64,000 nucleotides of DNA from Chiloscyllium plagiosum (Eukaryota): positions 91,187,986 through 91,251,985 of the forward strand of contig NC_057718.1 in NCBI RefSeq assembly GCF_004010195.1. Direction: 5' to 3'. Of the stretch, positions 23,001 through 36,600 are shown piece by piece; within the stretch, counting starts at the first letter, position 1, and every line of letters begins with the position of its first letter. Position numbers and translations under genes: made by a program. The notes under the pieces were generated by a model. It was not told the origin of the DNA. It saw only the letters and a list, made by a program, of their open reading frames with translations, and did no database searches.

Positions 23001-25862
23001 TCCCAAACCTCTGGATAGTCTTGACTATATGCCCTCAACATGGTCTTTAAATGTCACTGGTCTAGTGCTCCATGTGATTCTGCTGTGGATTTGAGTTGTT
23101 TTATCCTTAAGCTTTCCATAACTATCTTAAATAATTTTGATGTAAAATTTGACCCTTGATCTGATTGTATTGCTGTGGGTAGTCCATATCCATTAAAAAC
23201 ATTGAGTAACTCTTCTACAGTCCTATTAGTTGTGATATTGCGAAATGGAATAGCCTCTTGAAATCTCATGAACAAATACAGATTCCCACTTTTCGTTTTA
23301 AGTAGGAGTTCTGCGCGGTCAATGAAGACCCTTCTAAAAGGTTCCTCAAATGCAGGAATGGATGCTAGTTTTATCATTGCCTGAGGTTTTCCAATTACCT
23401 GTCACACATGGCATGTCCGTCAAAATTTAACCAAATCCTTATGCTGTCCAGACCAGTAAAAATGCTTTTGTATTTTGGCTTGAGTTTTCCTTACTCCAAA
23501 TGATCTCCTCCTGGTAATTCATTTGCTTTTCGCAACACCTTCTTTCTACAACCTCCAACTCACCGATAATACAACTTTATGAACTTCTGCCCGTTTATCA
23601 TCCGTCTGAATATGTAATGGTCTCAATTTCCTCATCAAAACATCATTTTTAAGATAGTAACAGTCTGGAGTACCTCAGATTCTTCTTCTGTGTATGCTTT
23701 TTGATACCTCTGCTTCAGTTTTTCATCATCCTGTTGTAATTCAATTAACTTCTCCGCACTAAAAATATCCACTTTGTCCTTCCACCTGTTCTTGTTTTTT
23801 CTTAACCTCGTCAAACATAGTCTCTGACAACTGAACTTAAATTTCCTTATCTTTATTCTTTGATTTCTCCTCTTTGTGACCTTGTTACCCTCAGTCGGGA
23901 AACATCCTAGGATACACTTTCTGTAATACCCCAAGTGATTTTCCACTGGCTTTTCAACCACAGTAGGCATCACTCCCACTTGTGATCCAGCTATATCGTT
24001 GCCAAGGATATATTGTATTTCTGGAGCCGAGAGTTTCTCTCGTCCTCCTACCACCACTTTTCCACCAGACTGTCCAACTTCACTTTATATAATGGAGCAC
24101 TTCGCATCTCACCATGAATTCCACATATTACCACTTTTTCTGGCAATACTCCCGAATTATATATCTCCTGATCTCTCACCATCAAAGATTGACATGGTCC
24201 CAAATCTCTTAAAATTTTAATTTCTTTACCTGCTCCTCCTAGCATATACAAGTAAACCTGCCTGCGCAAGTAAATTATCTAAGGAGATCTGACACTTCCT
24301 TCTCAACCAACCCAGATCAGGTTGTACATTCTGTTGCAGCTTTGTAGCTCCACTGTGCTTTCCTTTACCACTTCAACAAAGCCCACTAGCTTATCCTATT
24401 TTCCCACATCTATCTTCCCATTGCTTTTTGTAAACCACCAATAGTGCAACTTCATATGTCCTACATTATTGCAGTGAAAACACCTGAGCTTTTTTACTTC
24501 TCTTTCTCCCTCATGGGTTTTTGTTTTTACCCTGTGATATGTTATCTTCAATGAGATCTCCTTTTCCCATCACTTGAGAAATTCTCTTTTCCCCAACTTC
24601 TATGCCTCACAGATCAAAGTTGATATCAGAAGCCAAAATTTGATTTGTGAACCAACTTATAATCATTGACCATTTCCACTGCTAATCTTGCAGTTTTAAC
24701 TCCTATCTGCTCTTCCACATGAGTTCTCACCACTTCACGATCTGAATTTTTGAACTCCTCCAACATAATCATCTCTCCAAGAGCATCATATGTTTGATCT
24801 ATTTTCAATGCCCTTATCCACCTATAAAAATTACTTTGTTTGATTCTTTCAAACTCAATGTAAGTTTGACCAGGGTCACACCTTAGATTCCTGAAACATT
24901 GTCTATCGGCTTCTGATACTAAGTCATATGCGCTGAAGATGGCTTTCTTTACCTCCTCATACCCTCCAGAAATCTCTTCTGATAGTGATGCAAATACCTC
25001 CCTAGCTCTACCTACCAACTTTGTTTTGGTCAATAATATGCACATGGTCACCGGCCATTTCATTTGTTTAGCCACTTTCTCAAATGAAATGATAAAGACT
25101 TCTACATCCTTTTCATTGAACTTAGATAATATTTGGACATATTTAAACAGATCCCCACCAGGCATTTGGCTACAATGTGACTGGTGTCCATCACTGTCCT
25201 CATCACTAAACCTGCCTTCAAACTTTATCTCTGCCCTTCTAATTATACTTTGCTCTCTAATTACGAACTTTTGAAGGTCAAACTCTTTCTCTTTCTGCTT
25301 TACTTCTGCTAGAGCTATTCCTCCCTTCCTTTATCTTCTATCTTTCCTTTTCTTTTGCCTCTAATTCAAACTGCTTTGTTTGCAATAGAATTTTAGCCAT
25401 TTCCAAAGATTCTGATGGCACTTCTGGCAATTGTAAATGTTGAACTATTGCTGTAATTACCTCCCCTATTCACACAACAAAGGCACCCCAACTCCAGTTG
25501 GTCTGCCAATTCCAAAAGCTTTTCCTTGCTCACTTTCTGTAAAACTCGTGCAGTGACTTCTTCCACCCCAGAAAACTCTTAGTTACTGAAAGGGCCATTA
25601 TTACACAAGGTACACCCTGTTTAAGCCAACCGAATTCAATACCCAAGACAAAAGACACTAACGTTTACCACTCACTGCCCCTGTGTCCAATAATCCTAAA
25701 CCCAACTTTAATTAGGAATTTTGGACGAGCTCCCAATTTGTTACGGACCAGACCAGACTCCCTTAAAATATTTTAAGAAGGTGGCCTAGACTCTTAACTT
25801 TTTCTTATTTTAAAGGCAAATGTTAAGTGCCGTGTTCCTCTTAAAGCCACATCATCATCACA
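20081..25862 (-). mobile_element. Decayed Gmr1-type Gypsy LTR retrotransposon (gag/SCAN-like - CCHC - PR - INT - RT - RNaseH)
   Basis: LTRs at 20081-20713 and 25739-25862 (the latter internally deleted). PBS TGGGAGCTCGTCC at 25718-25735 (tRNA-Pro-like). Gag ORF 24626-25165, CFHCNNVGH knuckle ~24450-24485, protease 24048-24269, integrase 23054-23500, RT 21490-22342, RNaseH DVGVGAILLQ ~21230-21260. Confidence 0.85.
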
Positions 25863-26688
25863 CATATTGTTTAAAAGAGAAATGTTTATCTCGAGAAGTG
25901 TCTATTGTTTAAATTATTGTCATATTTTGTTCCATCTTTGCACCATATTCAATAATACCTGGAATTCCTTACATCATAGAGACCTTCATTTCTGGTCAAT
26001 TTTTCCTTCAGAGGTTGTACGGGTGAAAATAACAACATGTGAAATAAACTGCAATTCTAGTTACTCTAGTTTAATTATTTTGGCAAAATTCAACCAGGCT
26101 GAGAATTGCTGCGGAAATGTCTAAGTTGCAGAAAACTGCATTTTAGAAAACCTTGCAACAGGCTTGGTGCCTTGAGTTCAGCTGCCATTTAGGCTGAAGT
26201 TACAATCTGCTTGGAATGAATGTAACCAATTCCAGACATAGTTGAGTCTCCAGAAAAGAGGGAAAAAGACTTGAAACGTGGATTACTGATAGAAAGTGGG
26301 GAATGTACTTTGTGCAAAACAGTACTTTACTCTTGATTTAGTTAGCAGAAAAGTACACTAATTTCCATTTTGTCATTTGAATTAATTGGTATCTTATGTA
26401 CTATACTGGTTTTTATGTGTCTGTGATATACCAATTTTAGTTTCATTAACACTTCTTCACACTTAAATAAAAGATCCATTTGTAATTTTGCGAATGTTCA
26501 TCATTTCTTCAGGTTATGTATTGAGGTTTTTGGTGGATGATTGAGATAAGGCCTGTAGAAATGATAGCACTAATATGTACCATATTACATGGTGTTAATG
26601 ACATGTATTGATTCTTATTCTTGAGCTTCATTAACCAATGTCAGAATGTGCAATTAAAAATATTAATTTATTTCCAATACTTGTGTAG

Positions 26689-26756
26689 GACTGTCTTTAA
26701 TGACATCCGAGAACTTCACTACATAATCCTTGCTGTGCCAAAGAAAGTCGCCTTAG
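26689..26756 (+). CDS. CFAP61: CFAP61 coding exon 4 (TVFNDIRELHYIILAVPKKVAL)
   Basis: TAG/GTAAAA boundaries, 68 nt, phase consistent. Confidence 0.88.
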
Positions 26757-26872
26757 GTAAAAGATTATTTTAGAAATTGTCACAGAATTTATTCTTTGTT
26801 TTCAGGTACTGTCTGTTTTGAAAATTATTTACTTGTATAAATTTAACAATCATCTGTCTTATTTGATACTAG

Positions 26873-26996
26873 ATCCTGCTGTGTCTGTCTTGTTTGCACC
26901 TATGCCGCAATTTAAGAAGGTGGATGGTGTGCATTATTCGGCTTTCATCTGTTATAGAAAGGACTATGTTCCAGTACTACATATTCGAAAGGCCAG
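26873..26996 (+). CDS. CFAP61: CFAP61 coding exon 5 (DPAVSVLFAPMPQFKKVDGVHYSAFICYRKDYVPVLHIRKAR)
   Basis: TAG/GTAATG boundaries, 124 nt, C.R..Y.P.LH.RKAR motif. Confidence 0.9.
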
Positions 26997-27311
26997 GTAA
27001 TGGATCTTCTGATGGATACCTTCTTTCTAGGAATTGCCTTCTCCCAATGACTTGCTAAAAGATATTAAGATTTAAATTTACTCACATTCTGAACCAACAG
27101 CAAGATATGGGAAATAACAAGCTAATATTTTATGATATGTTTCACATTTTCAAACTATCACAATGTGAGGAACCTTCAGTAAATCTTTTGTGATGCATAC
27201 TATTGGGTAGGCACTAAACAATCTATTTTTGCTCAGCAAAATCTACATAACTAATCATTCTGTTATGCCGGTGTTGTAGAGTGATAAATTCTGGCTAGAA
27301 TCTTGGGTGAA

Positions 27312-27505
27312 CTCGGTGGAAGTGGGTACTGCAGACACAAGAGATTAGAGTCAAGATTAGAGTGGTGCTGGAAAAGCACAGCAGGTCAGGCAGCATCCGA
27401 GGAGCAGAAAAATCAACGTTTCATCATCAGGGCTTCTGCCTGAAACGTCGTTTTTCCTGCTCCTCAGATGCTGCCTGATCTGCTGTGCTTTTCCAGCACC
27501 ACTCT
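27312..27505 (-). mobile_element. Family A fold-back insertion
   Basis: Inverted arms and a 13-bp TSD AATCTTGGGTGAA (27299-27311, 27506-27518). Confidence 0.7.
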
Positions 27506-27814
27506 AATCTTGGGTGAAATCCCCTGCCTTTCAAATAATTCCATGGGATATTTTATTTCCAGGTGAGCAAGAAAATTAGGCCTCAGTGTAATTAATCCTC
27601 CATAAAACAACACGTCTGGCGATGTAGCACACACTTTGTACTGGACAGTAGTGTTAGCCTAGATTATGGGTGGAGTTAAATGTCGATGAAGAGGGTCTCT
27701 CTACCTAGTTGGACAACCGGCAGAATCCCTACATTGCCTGAATTGGGTAAGATTGCCCGATCTTAGTGACTATTGGATGGCCTTCTTCAGAACTTAGAAA
27801 CCATAGAGCAAAAA

Positions 27815-30530
27815 CCCTACCATTCTCCTCCTCCATAATACAATAAGCTTCAATCTGCAATTTGAGAGGGAGAGGGTACAATCAGAAATGACAATATTTC
27901 TGTTGAAGTTCATTCCAACAAGGAAGAAAGATCCTAAGAGGAGGCATGGGTGGCCGTGGTTGATAAGGGAAGTTAAGAAAAATATAAAGTTAAAAGAGAA
28001 AAAGTATAACATAGCAAAGATAAGTGGGAAAACGGAGGACTGGGAAGCTTTTTAAAGAACAACAGAGGATTACTAAGAACGAAATACGCAGAGGAAAAAT
28101 AAGGTACGAAGGTAAACTGGCCAAAAATATAAAGGAGGATAGTAAAAGCTTTTTTAGGTATGTGCAAGGCAAAAAACTGGACCCTTGAAGATAGAAACAG
28201 GGGAATATATTACAGGGAACAAAGAAATGGCAGAAGAATTGAATTGGTACTTCAGATCTGTGTTCACTGGGGAAGGCACAAGCAATCTCCCTGAGGTAAC
28301 AGTGGCTGAAGGACCTGAACTTAAGGGAATTTATATTTGCCAGGAATTGGTGTTGGAGAGACTGTTAGGTCTGAAGGTTGATAAGTCCCCGGGGCCTGAT
28401 GGTCTACATCCCAGGGTACTGAAGGAGGTGGCTCGAGAAATCGTGGATGCATTTTCCAGAGTTCAATAGATTCGGGATCAGTTCCTGCGGATTGGAGGGT
28501 GGCAAATGTTGTACCACCTTTTAAGAAAGGTGGGAGAGAGAAAGCAGGAAATTATAGACCAGTTAGTCTAACTTCAGTGGTGGGAAAGATGCTGGAGTCT
28601 ATTATAAAGGATGAAATTACAACNNNNNNNNNNNNNNNNNNNNNNNNNNNNNNNNNNNNNNNNNNNNNNNNNNNNNNNNNNNNNNNNNNNNNNNNNNNNN
28701 NNNNNNNNNNNNNNNNNNNNNNNNNNNNNNNNNNNNNNNNNNNNNNNNNNNNNNNNNNNNNNNNNNNNNNNNNNNNNNNNNNNNNNNNNNNNNNNNNNNN
28801 NNNNNNNNNNNNNNNNNNNNNNNNNNNNNNNNNNNNNNNNNNNNNNNNNNNNNNNNNNNNNNNNNNNNNNNNNNNNNNNNNNNNNNNNNNNNNNNNNNNN
28901 NNNNNNNNNNNNNNNNNNNNNNNNNNNNNNNNNNNNNNNNNNNNNNNNNNNNNNNNNNNNNNNNNNNNNNNNNNNNNNNNNNNNNNNNNNNNNNNNNNNN
29001 NNNNNNNNNNNNNNNNNNNNNNNNNNNNNNNNNNNNNNNNNNNNNNNNNNNNNNNNNNNNNNNNNNNNNNNNNNNNNNNNNNNNNNNNNNNNNNNNNNNN
29101 NNNNNNNNNNNNNNNNNNNNNNNNNNNNNNNNNNNNNNNNNNNNNNNNNNNNNNNNNNNNNNNNNNNNNNNNNNNNNNNNNNNNNNNNNNNNNNNNNNNN
29201 NNNNNNNNNNNNNNNNNNNNNNNNNNNNNNNNNNNNNNNNNNNNNNNNNNNNNNNNNNNNNNNNNNNNNNNNNNNNNNNNNNNNNNNNNNNNNNNNNNNN
29301 NNNNNNNNNNNNNNNNNNNNNNNNNNNNNNNNNNNNNNNNNNNNNNNNNNNNNNNNNNNNNNNNNNNNNNNNNNNNNNNNNNNNNNNNNNNNNNNNNNNN
29401 NNNNNNNNNNNNNNNNNNNNNNNNNNNNNNNNNNNNNNNNNNNNNNNNNNNNNNNNNNNNNNNNNNNNAGCTGCCAGAGGATGTGGTGGAGGCTGGTACA
29501 ATTACAACATTTAAGAGGCATTTGGATGGGTATATGAATAGGAAGGGTTTGGAGGGATATGGGCCGAGTGCTGGCAGGTGGGACTAGATTGGGTTGGGAT
29601 ATCTGGTCGGCATGGACGGGTTGGACCGAGGGGTCTGTTTCCATGCTGTACATCGCTATGACTCTATGACCTGGACAGGTTAGGTGAGTGGTCAGATGCA
29701 TGGCAGATGCAGTTTAGTGTGGATAAATGTATGGTTATCCACTTTGGTGGCAAGAAAGAAGGCAGATTACTACCTAAATAGAATCAATTTAGGTAAAGGG
29801 GCAGTACAAAGAGATCTGGGTGTTCTTGTACACCAGTCAATGAAGGTAAGCATGCAGGTACAGCAGGTAGTGAAGAAGGCTAATAGCATGCTGGCCTTCA
29901 TAACAAGAGGGATTGAGTATAGAAGCAAAGAGGTTCTTCTGCAGCTGTACAGGGCCCTGGTGAGACCACACCTGGAGTATTGTGTGCAGCTCTGGTCTCC
30001 AAATTTGAGGAATGACATTCTGGCTATTGAGGGAGTGCAGCGTAGGTTCACAAGGTGAATTCCTAGAATTGCGGGACGACCTTATGCTGAAAGACTGGAG
30101 CGACTGGGCTTGTATACCCTTGAGTTTAGAAGTCTGAGAGGGGATCTGATTGAGACATTTAAGATTATTAAAGGATTGGGCACTCTGGAGGTAGGAAACA
30201 TGTTTCTGCTGATGGGTGAGTGCCGAACCAGAGGACACAGCTTAAGAATACGGGGTAGACCTTTAAGACAGAGATGAGGAGAAACGTCTTCACCCAGAGG
30301 GTGCTGGCTGTGTGGAATGCTCTGTCCCAGAGGGCAGTGGAGGCCCAGTCTCTGGATTCATTTAAGAAAGAGTTGGATAGAGCTCTCAAGGATAGTGGAA
30401 TCAAGGGTTATGGAGATAAGACAGGAACAGGATGCTGATTAAGGATGATCAGCCATGATCATATTGAATGGTGGTGCAGGCTCGAAGGGCAGAATGGCCT
30501 ACTCCTGCACCTATTGTCTACTGTCTATTG
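27815..30530 (+). mobile_element. CR1 LINE(s) spanning an assembly gap, with a nested CR1 3' end
   Basis: KSPGPDGLHPRVLKE, GNYRPVSLTS and LVRPHLEYCVQ motifs. Confidence 0.88.
28624..29468. other. Assembly gap (N run)
   Basis: Run of Ns. Confidence 1.
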
Positions 30531-32041
30531 CCTGCACACCCCTGGACATTATGGGTAATTTCACATGGTCAGTCCACCTAATCTGCACATCCTAGGACTG
30601 TGGGAAGAAACCAGAGCACCTGGAGAAAACATGGGAGAACATGCAAATTCTAAACGGATAGTTGCCCGGAGTGGAATCACATAGGACTCCCTGGCAGTAG
30701 TCCCAACCACTGAGCCACCATGCCACATCATGCATTATAAAAAGACTTTTGGCCCGATTCAGTTCAAGTCAGCCAATATATCTTTGATAGAAAGATTAGA
30801 GAATAGTGACATATTCTAATCTTATTACATATTTTCTAATAGAAAAGTGATTTTTGATAAGTAAGTTTTGTTTTAGAGTTCTTTTTGGGCATACATTATA
30901 AGCACTACCCTAAAAGCTATGTTTCTTGACTTTCCTGAAAGCTATGTCATAGCTACGCAATCGTTTCCAAGGCTGACCCTTTTTTAGGAGTTGATGCAAA
31001 GGTGCCAGGATGGAAGCCAGGTTATGTAAGAAATCTCAGTAATAAAACACCAACCCAAGGAAAGGCCTAAGCTCCGGCACAGACATAGGAGTGCCCTCAC
31101 TTTATCTTCCAAAAAGTGTAACCTGGTCTTGTCGACTCTGTAGCCCAAATGGGTCCCTTGGGGTGCCTGGAACACACATTTTCCCTTTCATGGGTGTATA
31201 CCCGCCTGGGAGAAATATCTGAGGATTATGTTCGAGTTTTCTAAGTGCCCCTTATTGATCCTTCCTGTTACTTGTATGTCATCTAGATGAATAGCGACCT
31301 GGAGGAGACATTAAAAAATGTTTTCCATCATCCGCTGAAAAATTGGACAGGCTGTTGATATCCCAGTTGGCAGTCTCGTATATTAGTACAAACTCTTACG
31401 GGTATTAGTTGTAGTATACTCATCTAACCACAATTGCAAGTGCCAGTTGTCCAGTTTCATGAAGGATAGCTCCTCTCCCAGCTTTGCATATAAACCCTCT
31501 CTGTGATGGATTGGGTATTTATCCAGCTGCAAATAGCTGTTTACCATTTGTCTAAAATCTCCACAAAGGTGAACCGATCCATCAGGCTTCAAAATCAGTA
31601 CAATCAGTGCTGCCTATTCCGCAAACTGGACTTGTTTTAAGATTTCTTCACTTTCCAGCCTTCTGATTTCTGCCTTGACATTTGCCTGTAAGGCAATTGG
31701 CACTGTAAGGTTCTTGTAGGATCACTTTGACTTTTAACTTTCCCTTAACTTTCATGAAAGATTTCCAGATATTTAATTAGGACTTCACTCAGGCAGCCAT
31801 TTTTTAATGAAAAAATATTGAGCCAATCTAGGTGATTTGCTCTCAACCAATTTTGCCCCATCAAGCTTGGACCCGAGCCTTTCATTACAATCAGTAGTAA
31901 CTGAATAGCTGCTTCTCATACGAGACTGAAACCAAATTATACACTTAATCTGTAATGGTTCCCTGGTATAAGTTGTCAGTTTAGTTGAGGTCTTGTGCAA
32001 ACGTAAGGCTTAGTGTCCAGAGTGAATTTGTTAAAGACTGG

Positions 32042-32683
32042 TGTTATGGACCAAGCCAGATCCCCACAAAACATTTCAAGAAAGTAGCCTGGACTTTGCT
32101 AGTTGTTTTAAGCAGGTGTAGAGTGGGTATTCCAGAATTGATGCAGCTTTCTCAACCACTTAGTTTTAAACAAAACAGAATTTATTTACAAGATTACCGA
32201 ATGAAACATAAATAAAAAAGAACAGAATATAGAAAAAGTAACCTATCCGAAAACCAACAGACTATCCCAACTTAATGATACTGTTCCAAATATTTGCAAT
32301 AATCCCCACAAACACCCCTTGGCACAAAAGGTGAAATCAAACACAGGGTTTTACAGGAGACATGTCAAAGAGAGGCAGGATCAGCATGGACCTGCTTCTT
32401 TGGATCCAGCAGCTTCACAACTGATTGACTCCTTTCAGTGAACAGCCAAACCAAAGCCAACCAAAGATAGGGCTGAACTGGGAGAACAACTCCACACCCC
32501 TTTCATTGTTCAAGTATTTTTTTTAACGTGAAAGCCTTTTTCCTGAGGCATTATCTGTTAGCTATAATCAAATTGGCCCTAAAACCCATGTAAGCCAGAC
32601 CTTTCAGAATCCCTGCTTTTATGACCTCTGGAAAAAAAAAGCCAAGGACATCATAACCTTGTTAAAGGAGTAGCATCGTAACA
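32042..32683 (-). mobile_element. Solo LTR related to the Gmr1-type element, inserted in the protease region of the second Gypsy
   Basis: TGTTA...TAACA termini, homologous to 20081-20713, flanks CTGG/CTGA (imperfect 4-bp TSD). Confidence 0.75.
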
Positions 32684-33084
32684 CTGATTCTGCGATCACT
32701 GAAAGGGCTGCACCGGTATCGACCTCCATTAGAACCAGGTGACCATTTAACTAGATGGTTCTTTTGATTGGTTGTGATTTGAGGGTCTGAAGCAATTTGA
32801 CTGTTCCAAACTGGATGTACATGGACTTTCCTTGGTGTGCATTCTCCTGCGTACCGGCTTATGAGTTCTCTTATTCAGTTTAGGAATTCTAGTCCAGGAT
32901 TCTCTTAAGGTAAACTTGCAAGTTGAGTCAGTAGTTAGTAGGACTCCTTTGCTGTCTCAAGACTACATACCAGCAGCAATGAAATGGACTGGCAGCCCGG
33001 ACCCTGAAGAAAATTTTTATTATTTGGTTGAGGCTTGGCTTTGTTTTGGGGTTCAAAGTTTGTGAGAAAATTTGTAACTCGGGT

Positions 33085-33280
33085 GTTCGTTGTTGTGGTT
33101 CTGTTCGCTGAGCTGGGAATTTGTGTTGCAGACGTTTTGTCCCCTGTCTAGGTGACATCCTCAGTGCTTGGGAGCCTCCTGTGAAGCGCTTCTGTGATGT
33201 TTCCTCCAGCATTTATAGTGGTTTGTCTCTGCCACTTCCAGTTGTCAGTTCCAGCTGTCCGCTGCAGTGGCCAGTATATT
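33085..33280 (-). mobile_element. Penelope-like terminal fragment (family D) with hammerhead-like core
   Basis: Minus strand 33164-33131 reads CTGAGGA T GTCACC TAGACA GGGGAC AAAA CGTC. Confidence 0.5.
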
Positions 33281-33384
33281 GTTTTGGGGTTTTGCTGTGG
33301 GCTGACCTAGAGTTGCTCTGTTCAGGATACATCCTAAGTGAGGCTATGGAATTGCCTTCACTCAAGTGGTGTTCCCCATGGTCA

Positions 33385-34655
33385 AACAGGGCAAAGTCAG
33401 CATGGTTTTATCAAGGGGAGGTCACGCTTGACAAATCTGCTAGAATTCTTTGAAGAAGTAATGAGCAGCATAGACCAAGGAGAGCCAATGGATGTTATCT
33501 ATCTGGACTTCAAGAAGGCCTTTGACAAGGTGCCGCACAGACTACTGAGTAAGATAAGATCCCATGACATCAGATGCAAGGTGTCAGCATGGTTAGAAGC
33601 TTAGCTGTCTTGCAGAAAGCAGAGAGTGGGGAGAAAAAGTTTCTTCTCAGGATGGCAACCAGTGACAAATGGTGTCCTGCAAGGCTCAGTGTTGGGACAA
33701 CAATCTTTCACTTTATACATTAATAATCTAGATGAAGGAACTGAGAGTATTCTGGCTAAGTTTGCAGACAATACAAAGATAGGAAGAGGGACAGGTAGCA
33801 TTGAGGAGCCAGGGAGGCTACAGAAGGATTTGGACTGTTTAGGAGAGTGGGCAAAGAAGTGACATATGGAGGGCAACATGGGGAAGTGTGAGGTCATGCA
33901 CCTTGGTAGGAAGAATAGAGGCATGGACTACTTTCTAAATGGGGAGAAAATTCAAAAGTCTGAATTACAAAGAGAGTTAGGAGTTCTAGTCCGGGATTTT
34001 CTCAAAGTAACATTGCAGGTTGAGTGAATAGTTAGGAAGGTAAATGCAATGATGGCATTTATTTAGAGAAGACTTGAATATAAAAGCAGGGATGTACTTC
34101 TGAAGTAGTATAAGGCTCTGGTCAGACCACATTTGGAGTATTGTGCACAGTTTTGGGCCCCATATTTCAGGAAGGAAGTACTGGCCATGGAGCTTGTTCA
34201 GAGGAGGTTCATGAGAGTGGTTCCAGAAATTAACAGGTTAACATGTGAGGAATGTTTGAGGACTCTAGGTTTATACTCAATGGTGTTCAGAAGGATGAAG
34301 GGGGATCTAACTGAAACATATAGAATACTGAATGGCCTGAACAGAGTAGTTATTGGGAAGATGTTTCCATTGGTAGGAGAGACTAGGACCCAAAGGCACA
34401 ATCTTAGAATAAAGGGAAGATCTTTTAGAACAGAGTTCAGAGAAACATCTTCAGCCAGAGAGTAGAGTGTGGAATGAATTGCCACAGAAGGCTGTGGAGG
34501 CAGTGATTGTATTGAAGACTGAGTTAGATAGATTCTTGAGTATCAAGCGGATCAAAGGTTATGGAGAGAACATGGGAGAATGGAGTTGAGAAATTTATCA
34601 GCCATGATTGAATAGACTGAATGGCCTAATTTATGCTCCTATGTCTTATAGTCTA
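33385..34655 (+). mobile_element. CR1 LINE RT fragment nested in the second Gypsy
   Basis: QHGFIKGRS.LTNLL, YLDFKKAFDKVPH and KFADNTK motifs. Confidence 0.88.
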
Positions 34656-34977
34656 AGCTCAGTCAGACTGGCAAGGGTGTCTACTTCAATCGAAATAGCC
34701 TGCAACTCATATAGTCCACTTGCTGCATTTTTCAATGATAAAGCCACTTGTAGTGCCTGTTTGAAGGCTGTTAGACTTCAGCTAGCAGGTGATTTTGCAT
34801 CATTAATCCCACATACCAACTGATCTCTCAGCATTCCACGCTTGTCGCCACAAAATAACTTCACAGAGGCCGCTATCCCGTCACCAAGTCACTCTTTATT
34901 TACACATGGAATGTCCTTGACACTGGTTCAGCTCCTTCAGAACCAGCTCCCAGAGTGTTAGAATGTCTGACACTCCT

Positions 34978-35211
34978 GATTTTTTTGGGTTTTTTTATTT
35001 TATTATCAATGCGTTTACAAAACAATTAACATTAACAGCTGTACACAGATAAACAGCAGTTGACAAGGGAGAGGAGGGGCAAAGCTAGGCCCCAAACCCC
35101 AAAACAACTGCAGTCTAATTAGATAAAAAAAAGTGCATAGAATACAGACCATCTCTCTCCCCCTCCCCCTCCCCAACACACACACACACACACACACAAC
35201 CCAACAAGCCA
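34978..35211 (-). mobile_element. Short polyadenylated retro-insertion (L1/Tx1-like 3' end) containing a (CA)n tract
   Basis: AATAAA plus an A-rich tail on the minus strand. 9-bp TSD GACACTCCT (34969-34977, 35212-35220). Confidence 0.5.
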
Positions 35212-36600
35212 GACACTCCTCTTTATCTGTCAGCCAGGGCTCCCTGATTGGACCAGATTAACAGCCCCCATCAGGGAACTCCAGTTTGATGAGGTCCATA
35301 TTCTAATGAGGCTGACCACAGTACAATCAGTACACCATGCTTTCAGCTGGCATGGCTCTAAGTTTTGAATTTGTTTCCCTACCTCATTCCATTTTTGTGC
35401 TTCATTTATGCCATGTCTTACAATCTCTTTAATCATCTGCCTTAACACTTTTATTCAGTTCAGTGTTTAATTTTGGTTTATCATATTCTTGTAAAATGTC
35501 TTTGGCTCTTTTATTGCCTTGATCATGCTATATAACTTCAAGTTGTTGAACTTAGAGCAATAATCACAAAATGCAGGTCTATCAGATAGGTGTCATTTAT
35601 CACTAAAATTACTAACCTTCTTAGAAGGTTTATTATCAGCATACTGATCCTAATTCCATTCCATTAATTTCATCCAGTCTCATCTGTCTGCAGTCATCTG
35701 TCTGCAGTCTGTGATATTGTCAAATCACAATTCTTTTTTGCTTTGCCTCAGACTGTATGTTTCTAAGAAATTTTGATGTGAAAAAGTAGATTAAGCATGT
35801 TGCTGAGCCCTATTTTAGCTCTGTGTAAGTCAGTGTATTTTGAGTGAGCTAAAATGAGGACTTATGATTCTGTAAAATAAAAGAAACTGGTCCAGCTTTT
35901 TGTACAATGTGCCAAGATTTTGAGGGATAGCATACCTTCTTCACTGCCTATCAGATATCACTGAGCTGGACTATGATATTGTCAAACTCAAATCCCTGGC
36001 TTCATAGGTTTAATTTAAACAGATCTATCTTCTAATATCTTTATTTATGGAGTGACCTGAATAATTTAACCTGAATAATTGTGTCTTTTCTTAAATTGAT
36101 CAGATTGCCTTCTTGAGTCTGGGAAGATTTCTATAATGTTGAAGAAACTGTTTTCTCCTTTTTGACCTTCATTCTGCTTTATTCAAAGCTTAATGACATT
36201 CCTGTGATATTTCCGAACAGATAAAACCTCATCCTTCCAGTATCTCTTCCTTCAATTTTTTCTGGTAAATCATTTGCACACCCAACAGTATTCTGCTTGC
36301 TATTACTTGTTATAATTTTTTTTGTCATTGCCTGATATCTTTCTCTGCTATGAAAATTGGTTGAGGTCAAACTATTGAATGTTTTCAAGAAGGAGTTACC
36401 TTTAGCTCGAAGAACTATATCTATGGGGAGAAAATGGAAACAGAGTACTGAGTTGGATAATCAGCTATGAACCTATTGAATGGTGGAGCAGGCTCAAAGA
36501 GCTGAATGACCTACTCATGTCACAATCTTCAGTGTTTCTTTGCCTCTTCCATCCTTTCTAACAGCACAAATGCAAAATCACAGTCATGACAGAATTTTCT

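Larger units (their letters stand above)
30960..35325 (-). mobile_element. Second decayed Gypsy LTR retrotransposon with nested insertions
   Basis: RT fragments (KPDGSVHLCGDF at 31383-31592; HLDDI ~31280), protease MEVDTGAALSVI ~32695-32730, gag MLRDQLVCGIND ~34800-34835, TGGCGAC PBS-like ~34838-34850, probable LTR ~34851-35325. Confidence 0.7.

Noticed and set aside
28499-29701. Long ORFs of 294-375 aa (also 60675-61412)
   Set aside because: Artefacts of N runs.
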